Part shown: positions 25,901 to 35,669 of the stretch, piece by piece
How positions within the stretch are numbered: position 1 is the first letter of the stretch
Layout: the number at the start of each line of letters is the position of its first letter
Assembly (NCBI GenBank): GCA_037379345.1
Contig: CM074520.1
Location: forward strand, 17,277,488 to 17,341,487
Direction: 5' to 3'
From: Perna viridis
Lineage: Eukaryota
DNA length: 64,000 nt
Notes under the pieces: generated by a model
What the model saw: the letters and a program-made list of their open reading frames with translations, nothing else
What the model was told of the DNA's origin: nothing
Databases searched by the model: none
Made by a program: the position numbers and the translations under genes

Positions 25901-28900
25901 TTCTTTTTTTTTGTTGCCATTTTTAAATCATAGATATTTTTCTTACCGTCTTTATTGAAAGACAGGTTTCCATGCATTTTTTGTATATTGACAATCGTAC
26001 TTAACAGAACTCTTAGTTTTACTCATAATTAAGTAGCTGACAAAGTTACTGTGTCATTGTTTTACTGTTTTGTTTACCTTGGATGAGACATCTGATATGC
26101 AACTTGACGAATGTTTCTAGATAATATAGGACACTTACCTTACCAGTGCACCTGGCCCATTCACAGTGCTTTTTATCGGAATACAGGTTGTTCATTTACA
26201 TTGGTTTCTATGTACTGGTATGTGTCATTTTGGTTACTTCATGTTCTTTTTGTGTGTGTATTTTCTTTATCATTGGTAATCTTTCTCCCTGGATTATGTT
26301 TTTTAAATTACCATTCGAAATTGGTTCCTTTGATTTGTTTTTGAAAACATGGTTCAACATTTTCTGAAATCTTCGTTCATTTTGGTTCTCTTTCAGAGTT
26401 ACAGAGAGATGTGCTAACACTGAATTTTGTACAAGTTTTGATGTTGATGTTAGTTAAATCAACAAGATTTCCACTCTCCCAGCTGTCACTATGGCTACAG
26501 AAGAAAGCTGGTGCAGTATGGGTAGAGGAATATGACTGCATGGTCTTTGAATGTAAACCAGTATTAAAGGGTACCAGATTGTATCTAGATAATAGTTCTG
26601 GAACCTCAAAGGATGTAAAGATGAAAATTTATACAAGGTAAAATAAGCAACATTTTTGAAAGCTGAATGAGGGGTATGTTGTTTTACCCTTGTCTGTCTG
26701 TCTGTCAAACTATTTTTGTATTTGTCAAACCTATTCCGTCACTCTTATGAGGCTGACTTTATAGCTGCTTTGATCTAAAAGAAAGAATATCGTTTGGCTA
26801 GATCCTTTAATCTCAGTTTCCGCTATATAGATGACATTATCTTTAAACAATCCTAATTTGGGATTCTACTCAAAAGAACTTGAGATTGAGGATACTACAG
26901 ACATTGTAAAGTCAACCTCATACCTTAACCTACACTTAGAAATCGATGGTCAAGGAAAACTTTTGACCAAACTTTACGACAAACGTGATGACTTTTCATC
27001 CAGAATTGTCAACTTTCCTTTCATCTGTGGCAACATCCCTTCAGCACCTGTGTATGGAGTGTTCATATCACAACTCATACGTTATGCCAGAGCTTGCCGA
27101 AACTACGTAGACTTTTTGTATCGCGCTAGAACTCTAACAAATGGGCTTCTGGAACAGGGTTATGTTGCTACAAGATTGAAGTCATCACTACAAAAGTTTT
27201 ATGGTTGTCATCATGAACTCGTGGATCGTTATGGTGTATCCATCTGCACCATGAAAACTGATTTATTCAACGGTTCATAGTTTTCCTTTCCTCGTTTGTC
27301 TACCCCGGACTTGACTTTTTATGAGCAACTCGGCGGGTGTTTCTAGAAAAGCAGAGGACGCTCAACCTACCGGTGCACCTGGTCCATGCTCCCAGTTTTT
27401 AGTGGAGTCCGAGTTGCTCATTTATTTTTGTTACTTTGTATGTATGATTTTAGTTACTTTATGTTCTTTGTTGTGTATGTCTGTTTTCCATGTCTGGTCT
27501 TTGTCCCTGGATTGCATTCTTTTGATTACCGCTATAACCTTGGTTCCCTTGATTACTCTTTGTAAAAGTATTCTCTGCAACCACTTGTTACAGTCACTTT
27601 AGTCACTTGATACTTTGGTGCAAGCTTCAGATAGGTGTATTATTTTGTGGATTTGAATTTAGATTTGTAACACTACAATTATCTTTTATATTTTGATCAT
27701 ATACTTATGTTGGGGTACCTGTGGAATCACTAAAGGGCATTGGCTCACAGGTTTCTTGTTTTAGAGGAGAAATATTAAGCATTATTAAGAAAGTTTTATG
27801 ATCTTTTTAAAAAAAACAGTCTATGAGAAAAACTTAGAACAGTTCGCCATTTCTAAATAAAATGTTCTTCAGTCTTGGAAGACTCAGAAGGATTCTAGTT
27901 GTTTTCATATTTATTGAGACAGAACCTCAGTGACATCTTGTAAGGCTTAAAATTGTTCTGTTGGAAATGGCTTAATTTGGATTTTATAAGTTAACATTTT
28001 AATGCAGGTGAATAGGGGAGTTTTTTTTAAATATAATTTTAGGCTTTGCCTATGAAGGAGAGAGCTCTTTGTATTCAAATAACAACTTTGTTATGGGTGA
28101 TGTATTGGTCAAGGGTAAATATGCTAGACAGTCTGATATGCACTGTGAATTCCTTCAAATATCACTTTTTAACTACATAATTCATTTCTGAAATAAATCA
28201 GGAAATCTCACATATTCCCACCAGTTGATACATCACCGATAGCAACATGGCTGTGCATCATCCAAAGTTGTTATTGAGTACTGGAAAATAAAACCAAGTG
28301 TTTTGACAAATTTGAAGTATTTGAAAATCTAGTGTTTGTAGCTGGTTATAAATGTATGAGGTTCAGTACAAATAGGTTGGTTTCTCTAGGCAAACCTTGA
28401 AATTATATTACTTCCATAGGGTCCAGACATCCAATAATTCTAAGTTTACCATAGACTTTGAAACTGTCAAAACAATAATTGTAGGAGATGTAATCCATTC
28501 CTAACAAGTTTTGTCATGTTTGTCATTTGGTCGAAGAATAACCTCATAATCTCATTTAAAAAGGTGAAGGCTTGGTTATCCATTGAGTTTATGGTCAAGC
28601 ATTTATCATACCAGCTTAATATCTCTACAAATTATAGCAACCACTCATTACTTGCTGTTAAGCATGCTAAGCTAATTATAGGTCTTTACTGTACATTAAC
28701 CTGACAAGGTGGTGGAGATGTAATCTATGGATTTTAACATGTCATTTATGACATTGTAAGAAGATTTGTATTTTTATCTTCGATTTGATATTCAAGTAAT
28801 TTAAGTACAACTGTTTATATGAATCAGACTGGGCATTCTTATATTCTGGATAAAAATTGATTTTATTTCATTATCAATTCCCAAGCAAAGTTTGGGGGTA

Positions 28901-31900
28901 TATAGGAATTTCCCTGTCTGTTTGTCTTTCTGTCCTTATCTTTTAAGCATATCTTGTTCAGCAGATTTTGATGAAATCGAAGACAACTCTTAGTTATCAT
29001 ATGTAACTGTGCAGGAAGAAATGAAATTATTGTTTGATGTCTTCAAAGGGAGGTAATTCAATTTAAAGGCATAACATTCTCACAATATTTCTAATTCCAA
29101 GTCATTTTCAAACTAAAGCACTATATATATTTGCAGACTTGAGTTTGTCTACCTTAAACAGAATTCCATTTTTTTAAATTCCATATTAACTGTGCTGTGT
29201 ATTTATTTCTGGTTCTTCTCATTTTCAATGTTTTATCTGCTGTTGAAAATCGGGTATTGGTATTGGAGGTCAAACTCTTATAGCAGGAGATTCCGAACTT
29301 TTAGGTTGGAAATTGAGTTCGGAGTATTCGGACTTTTCCGGCCTAAAAAAATATTTTAGGCCCAAAATCAAGGGCTTGGATGAAAATTCCGAACAGATTT
29401 CGGAAAATTATTTGGAATTCTGCTGTCTATTTGGAAAAATAATTCAGAATTCCAAGCTTCATTTGGAATATTTGAACGGAAATCTGAATTAGATGGGAAA
29501 ATTCATTCGGAAGAGTCTGAATACTCCGAACTGGCTCAGAATTGTCATTCGGAAAATCCAAATATTCCAAAGGAAGCTCAGAATATTGTATGGAATTCCA
29601 AATGAAATTCAGAAAATTTCATTCAGAAAGAGTCCAAATATTCCGAATGATGCTGGAAAATTGTATGGAATTCCGAATGAGGTTCGGAAGTACAATTGAA
29701 TTCGGAAAAATGAACATGGAAAAGGTTTCCAAATACATAAATACATTTACAAGTGAGTAAAATGTTTTCAAATTTTAGGCAAAATGGAAATTATTCCTAT
29801 ACATTACTCTCTTACAACAAAGGAACACATATTGCAGCTGAACATTTTTTTATGAAAGAGAACATTATTAACATGAAGCACATGTATAATATTGTGCACT
29901 TTCTGCAGTAACAAGTAAAATAGGTTGTCATTTTGTATTCCATAGATAATCACATTTAAAGTTGTACTGATAGGAAGTTATTATTATAATGTCAATATTG
30001 TTCTTCTTCCACACTCTTTGAGTACGGTGTTCGAATTCAGGTACAATGTAATTGACAGGCCACCACAATATTTTTTGTGTGTGTAGCACATACAAATTGA
30101 ATATGAATAAGTAATATGATAACCAACAAATTTTCTTCCAATGTAAGTTTTTTTTTTTATAAATATTGCATTTCCGGTAATGTTAGTCGTGAAAAAACAT
30201 TGATCAGCAAAAAGTTTTTTAAGTTGTCCAAACAAATTTCAATACATTTATAATATGAAAAATTACTTAATACTTGTCCAATGTACATTTTTGTTACTGT
30301 GAACCCAAGCGTACCTTAATACGGACATTTCAATAAGGACAGGATTACAAAATCTGCTTTCAAATGACAGTCTTTATGTATTTGAAGCTGCATTCATTTC
30401 TACATTGTATCATAGATTATCATCTCATGATCTGCTCAAGCATCACCTGTTATCATAAAGTAACTTTCAATAAACACAATGTAAGTTCCTTTTGTAATGA
30501 TGTAAAGATACATGTACCTTTATTTTTCAAATGTTTAAATGTAATGAGTATGAAATTGCAATCACTCCTTTGTCAAAAAATTCACATGTCTTATTGATTG
30601 GTCATTTAATAAAACGGAATGTGAATATATTTGTTCAAATTCTTTTAGATCATTATTTAGTAGCCAGACATGATTTTTTTCTGCTTTTTAGTGGAATTCC
30701 GCTATTTCAAATAGGGATTTTACCGTTACAATTCTTTCTTTACTATATATTTACTTCCAATTTTGCCAATCTCCACTTTGTTTGTAGACCTGGTAAAATA
30801 ATTTCTGTAGTAACGAAAAACATAAAACTACGTTAATTGGACTTCTTTTTATATGCTTACAGCACTCAAATTCCCACAAGGACCATTTGTGCACCACTTA
30901 TTGCGGACCCATTTTTGTACTGTTGCGAATCACAGTTTATGGTTAGAATAAATAGAGACCCTTCCAAACAACATTTGGTAGAAAAAATTTAATAACACCT
31001 TTAGATATCTGGACGATATTTTGACTCTAAATAACGATGACTTCAATATTTATACTAACGATATATATCCTGTAGAGCTGTCTTTGAATAAAGCAAATGT
31101 TAATCTTAGTATTCATATTGATAATGGTAAACTTAATGCTACAATTTACAAAAAAAAGGATGATTTTATATTCCCTATTGAAAACTATCCATTTTTAGAT
31201 TGTCACCATCATATGGTGTCTACATATCACAAATCACAATTGGTTTCGATTTGCTCATATTTGTAACAACAGATTTTAACGTAAATTTTATCTTTATATA
31301 ACCTTAAAATTACTAAGTTTCGATATCAGAAGCTTGTAAAAACATTCACAAATTTTTTCAACAGATACAATGAGCTCTCTCTCAAATACAGATGTACTTG
31401 TAGAGGATTAATATGTAAGAATATCTCTCACTCTTTGTTTTACAGTAATATTCTACAGAAGGCTCAATACTCATCCCATTACGTTAACTTAAGCGTTGAA
31501 TAGACTCATTCGTAAGGGATGCAGCCTGCCCTGTGGTATGAGGATTTCCTCGTCATTCATTGAAGACCAATGGGTGGTCTTGGGCTGACATTTTCATGTC
31601 AGTTGGGTTTTTGTCTTTTTTACATAAACACCATACCTATTCTTATTATATTTCTTTTCATGAATGTTTTTTTATTTGATAAGACTACTTTTTGATTTCT
31701 GCATCTGACACTGAACATAATGCTGAAGATGTAGACAAAAATTAGATTAGAATGTAAAGAGTTATCTGCCTTGAAATGTTAATTTGCATTGCTTTTCAAT
31801 GAAATCATAATTCAGTTTGCCAAAACATCTCTTGGAAAATTTCATCTTCTGTCCATGATTAGTCAGATTGCACCATCCAAGTTTTGGAAGTTTCACCTGC

Positions 31901-34359
31901 TTCTTACAGAGATTTTGAACACTTTATATTCACCCAAATACATGTTTCCACTCTTAATGCTTTAGGCCATTGCTGTTAGATATGTGACAATGTGGAATTC
32001 TCACCCTGCAGCCATTTGTTATCTCCCCCCCATGGAGATTATAAATACTTGACAGTTACAATAAAAGTCAAATCAACATGTGTCATCAGAGTGCACGGAG
32101 GTCAAATCAACAAAATTCTCTCCTTAAACAATTATGGTCAGTCACCCAGCTGGATAAGATTTAAATTTTTACCATAATAAATACTTGAATGAACATCAAT
32201 CTTATTTGAAAGAATTTTATTGTATTTTCGTATTAAATATGTAGAGACATTGCTTAAAATTAATTTGAAACACCTTTAAATAGCATGTTCTTCAAGGGCT
32301 AAGTCCATAATTACAAGTATGTATTATATGCTTGGTATTTAAATTAAATCACTTGTGTTTGTAAAATGGATTTTGAAGTACATTTGTATCTGTCAATTTA
32401 GGCACTCAGATTGAGGGCTGAGGGGGGTCAGGGGTTATTTTGAAAAAATATATGCGAAATTTGAGCTGAAATTTTTTTTTTACTCAGCCATAGACAGGAG
32501 AAAATTATAAATTATCAAGTTTTCTCTCATTACTTGAAAATGTAGATTTTCAAATATATTTATAGCTGCTGCTGAAAAAACCTAATTGTTTCAGTGCTTG
32601 CAAGGAAAAAATTTTTTAAACTTGACAACAAATCCACGCCCCACCCCCCTTGAGAAGGAAATTGTCAGTGCTTTACTAGCTGATTGACATAATATTTTTA
32701 TGCCCCCATGACAAACTGTAGAGGGGCATATTAATTTACCCCTGTCCGTCCGTTTGTCCATCCAGAATACACATGATCATGGCTTGTCTGGCTATCTCCT
32801 CATACAGTTTTTGAACTACATCTATAAAAATATTTTACAGGATATTTCTACACATTATGAAGGTGTGCAGGGCCAAAGGATTTTGATTTTCGTGAAATAT
32901 TACGGAAATTGGTGATAGTTACACTTAGTCATTTTACTCAGAAACAGGGCTATATGGCTTGTCCAGCTATCTCCTTGTACAGTTTTTGAACTACATCTAA
33001 AATATTTTACAGGATATTTCTACACATGATGAAGGTGTGCACGGCCAAAGGATTTTGATTTTTGTGAAATTTAACAGAAATTGGTGATAGTTACACTTAG
33101 TCATTTTACTCAGAAACAGGGCTATATGGCTTGTCCAGCTATCTCCTTGTACAGTTTTTGAACTACATCTAAAATATTTTACAGGATATTTCTACACATG
33201 ATGAAGGTGTGCAGGGCCAAAGGATTTTGATTTTCGTGAAATATTACGGAAATTGGTGATAGTTACACTTAGTCATTTTACTCAGAAACAGGGCTATATG
33301 GCTTGTCCAGCTATCTCCTTGTACAGTTTTTGAACTACATCTAAAATATTTTACAGGATATTTCTACACATGATGAAGGTGTGCACAGCCAAAGGATTTT
33401 GATTGTGATTTTTTTTCTGGGATTGATTAAGGGGTGGTGACATGAGCAAAGTAAGAATAAGGAGCCTCAAAGGGGCCTGAAACAAGTATATTTTTTCTGA
33501 TTTCTGGATAATAAGGGAATAGATGGCTTTGAAATTGTACCACAAGGTTTTGACTGGAACTGTTTTGGAATAAGGAGCCAAAAAGCAACTACTTGGCTTC
33601 TGGTCAAACTTGTATCTTGTGTCATGTATTTAATTGTTATCAAACATTCCAAGCTGTATCAGGTTTGAATTGTGTGTCCATACTTGCAATAACTGTTCAG
33701 GATTTGACCTTTATTACATCAAGCTGTACCCTGCCAAGCATTTTATTTTAGATGGAATACTCAGTGAGTCCTTAAACTAAGTGTATTTATCCTGGCTATC
33801 GAATATATATTTGCCATGACAACTATGACTAATGAAAATTGAAATCCAGAAGCTTTATCTTGGTGTGTTCCATGCACCCCTTTTTGATCTGAGAAAAAGT
33901 TTTAAAAAGTAATAAAATATAAACATTTATATTATATTACTATCACCTTTTTTCAGTGGCAAAGACCAGCTTTGTTTATTGCTCCAGCATCTCTACACTG
34001 TCCTGCCTGATGATGTCATATTTGTACCAGCCAATGAGGATCATTGTTACATCAACCAATTGTTGAACAGTATGCAATACGAAATTAGCAAAACTTTTTC
34101 AGCTGTGCAAGAGATGTTCAATAAAGTACAACCACCTGAAGAAGATGAATCAATTGAATGTGAGAAGGACGAGAAAGGTCAAATAAACATTGATAATGTG
34201 AGAAAAAACTTTGCCAAGAGAACTTTTTTGTCCAAGGCAAGGTCCAAGTTGTTTGCTGCAGGAGAAGATAGTGCAAATGTCTGCCAGGACATTGAGAATT
34301 TACAAATACGTACAGATACTGAATTTATCAAATTTGTATCAGATTCCTCAACAAAGTGA
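13049..34359 (+). CDS. FANCB: Fanconi anemia group B protein homologue, 7 coding exons, about 829 aa
   Basis: join(13049..13957,15841..16071,17255..17374,18271..18428,25306..25733,26397..26637,33957..34359). All introns are GT-AG with consistent phases. FANCB-like motifs WSGIKEVLCDDFVNNGGHQLLVL, AVTALQSRL, VWKRIHEKILVVGV and QLCLLLQHLY. Large first coding exon and overall length resemble vertebrate FANCB. Confidence 0.8.
14398..15043. mobile_element. MITE in FANCB intron 1
   Basis: CAATATGGGAAACCA ... TGGTTTCCCAAACTG imperfect TIRs with subterminal CTCGCCA/TGGCGAG repeats. Confidence 0.55.
15160..15372 (-). mobile_element. PLE family A 3' UTR fragment
   Basis: Reverse complement is similar to 27350-27560. 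Confidence 0.7.
15486..15675. mobile_element. Short Tc1/mariner-type MITE
   Basis: TA-CTGTGGAAGTA...TTTTCGTGG / CCACGAAAA...TACTTTCACAG-TA inverted termini with TA flanks. Confidence 0.65.
15841..16071 (+). CDS. FANCB: FANCB coding exon 2
   Basis: ttcag acceptor, VVHSWSGIKEVLCDDF...LQSRLR, donor GTATAA. Confidence 0.82.
16500..16810 (-). mobile_element. PLE family B 3' repeat, including a decayed twister-like motif
   Basis: The reverse complement contains GCCTGTCCCAAATCAG and the GGGCCAGCTGCAGCCTGC..GGTATGAG..CATTGAAG block also seen at 24497-24620 and 31520-31650. Confidence 0.55.
17255..17374 (+). CDS. FANCB: FANCB coding exon 3 (coiled-coil-like)
   Basis: tttcag acceptor, NEVVSLNEL...DCVQ, donor GTATGT; phase 0/0. 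Confidence 0.75.
18271..18428 (+). CDS. FANCB: FANCB coding exon 4
   Basis: tttcag acceptor, NPMLVSLIG...WKRIHEKILVVGVEL, donor GTATGA; ends in phase 2. Confidence 0.8.
20581..21101. mobile_element. MITE nested in Academ
   Basis: CAGCCCTCAA...TTGAGGGCTG TIRs, 5-bp TSD TAAAG. Confidence 0.8.
21407..21925 (-). mobile_element. PLE family A, 5'-truncated copy nested in Academ
   Basis: FISQLIRYARAC...KTDLFN plus the family 3' UTR. Confidence 0.85.
24756..24955 (-). mobile_element. PLE family A 3' UTR fragment
   Basis: GAGTAATCAA...ATGAGCAACC..GGACCAGGTGCA matches the family 3' end. Confidence 0.7.
25306..25733 (+). CDS. FANCB: FANCB coding exon 5
   Basis: cttcag acceptor, in frame with ORF 25313.., donor GTGAGT; phase 2/1. 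Confidence 0.78.
26080..26340 (+). mobile_element. PLE family A 3' UTR fragment (old)
   Basis: GGACACTTACCTTACCAGTGCACCTGG and the downstream block are similar to 27350-27550. Confidence 0.6.
26397..26637 (+). CDS. FANCB: FANCB coding exon 6
   Basis: tttcag acceptor, LQRDVLTLNF...KIYT, donor GTAAAA; phase 1/2. Confidence 0.78.
26730..27560 (+). mobile_element. PLE family A, 5'-truncated copy in FANCB intron 6
   Basis: FRYIDD, KLYDKRDDFS, NFPFICGNIP, ISQLIRYARAC, KFYG.HHELV; 3' UTR ends in TTACTCT. Confidence 0.88.
29285..29710. repeat. Degenerate short-period repeat rich in TTCCGAA/TTCGGAA (probably a transposon subterminal region)
   Basis: Many TTC(C/G)GAA and GGAATTCC motifs in both orientations. 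Confidence 0.55.
30865..31650 (+). mobile_element. Penelope-like retroelement family B, decayed RT plus 3' repeat
   Basis: IP...CAPLIADPFLYCCESQFM, FNNTFRYLDDILTLNN, IYPVELSLNKAN, KKDDF..PI.NYPFLD, FRYQKLVKTFTNFF. Confidence 0.8.
32696..33405 (+). mobile_element. Helentron/HINE-like element carrying a 172-bp satellite (about 3.6 units)
   Basis: T-run, TATGCCCC...GGGGCATA hairpin, GTCC microsatellite, then units starting at 32781, 32956, 33128 and 33300. Confidence 0.8.
33957..34359 (+). CDS. FANCB: FANCB last coding exon
   Basis: tttcag acceptor, GKDQLCLLLQHLYTVLPDD..., TGA at 34357-34359. Confidence 0.8.
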
Positions 34360-35669
34360 TAAAAATAATTATATATATTTATTCTCCTCTTTGCCAACTG
34401 AGTTATAGGATACAAGTCTCAACACAGAGTTCTTGAAAAGAAAGCATTGGTATTTAGATCAGATGTAACTTATTGTGGACTATATTTCCATATTAACCTA
34501 AATGTAAAATTTAATGTAATTGTAGTTCAACCAATCATTGCAGAAATGTTGACACTTGATTATGTTTTGCTTGTACTAAATTGAAAAATGGTGAATTCTG
34601 ATTGGTTAGTTTTAAAAGTTCAACTCTTCTGAAACTACTGGCTTAAGTGCTTGTTTATTTTACATACTACTTGACAGACAACAACCCTTTATTGGTGTCA
34701 CTTAGATGGCTCCTCTTCTGGCTGCTGATGCTGGAAGTTACCCTTAAAAAACCAAAGGAATGTTAACTTTTGTTTTTTCTTAAAGATTATTTTTGCCTTA
34801 GTTTTGATAAGGCTACTTGGTGCGTTTTCAATTCTTTTAGGAGCATTTTAATTTGCTCATTTGGTGTACTTATGTCATTACTGGTGTTAACTTTTTAGGT
34901 CACCTGGCCCATGGACCTGTAATTAAATTTAATTATAGGTCTCTGCCTGGCCTTAAAAGTCATACGGGCATTTGTCATCACTTGGTGTCTGTCGTTGTCA
35001 TTGTCTGTCTTAACTTTTCTTTAAAAATCTTCTCCTCTGACACCAATCTTCTTTACTTCCAAACATCCGTAGGATATGTACTTAAAAATGTTATGGATTA
35101 CATAGATCAAGCATCAAACTTGACCACCATTGTTATATTTAGACCACAAGGGACTCGTCACCAATTTCTACAATTCCTAAATGGTTCAGTGTATGAAACT
35201 TTAAGGGAAGTTAACATCATATCTAGTTCTGCGTAAGGCAAAATAAAAATTCGTTCTTCTAATAGAAATTTGGTGAAACTGAAGCGTTTTATTTATTTCA
35301 AGGGGTGGTATACATGTACGTATCACTCGGCCCACTCTCAGTTCTAGTTCATCAATAATTGGGTTTTTTTTTTTCATGAAGAACTACTGGACTAAGTATT
35401 GAAATATTGTTAACATTTTAATGTAGGTTAGTAAATTCATATCAAGAACGGTAACATATGTGCAAAAATAGGTCTTTTGATTAGAGTTTAGAAAGCAAAA
35501 CGATAATTTCGAGCTCAACAGCAATATCTAAAATTTTAATCTATATCCTGCAATATAACAGATTATCAATGTGAAACTAAATATTCTATATTTAACTTTA
35601 TATGACTTGTGTATATACATGGTTGGCTAAACGGCATACAATCAAGATTTTTAAATATAGTTTTCTAAC

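Noticed and set aside
27321-27602. Hydrophobic small ORF recurring in PLE copies (also 637-882, 58633-58866, 24697-24981)
   Set aside because: Start, frame and length vary between copies; the T-rich 3' UTR explains the hydrophobic translation.
29285-29710. Cluster of STAT-like TTC..GAA sites as an enhancer
   Set aside because: Spacing is mostly TTC-N-GAA rather than TTC-N3-GAA, and the pattern fits transposon subterminal repeats.
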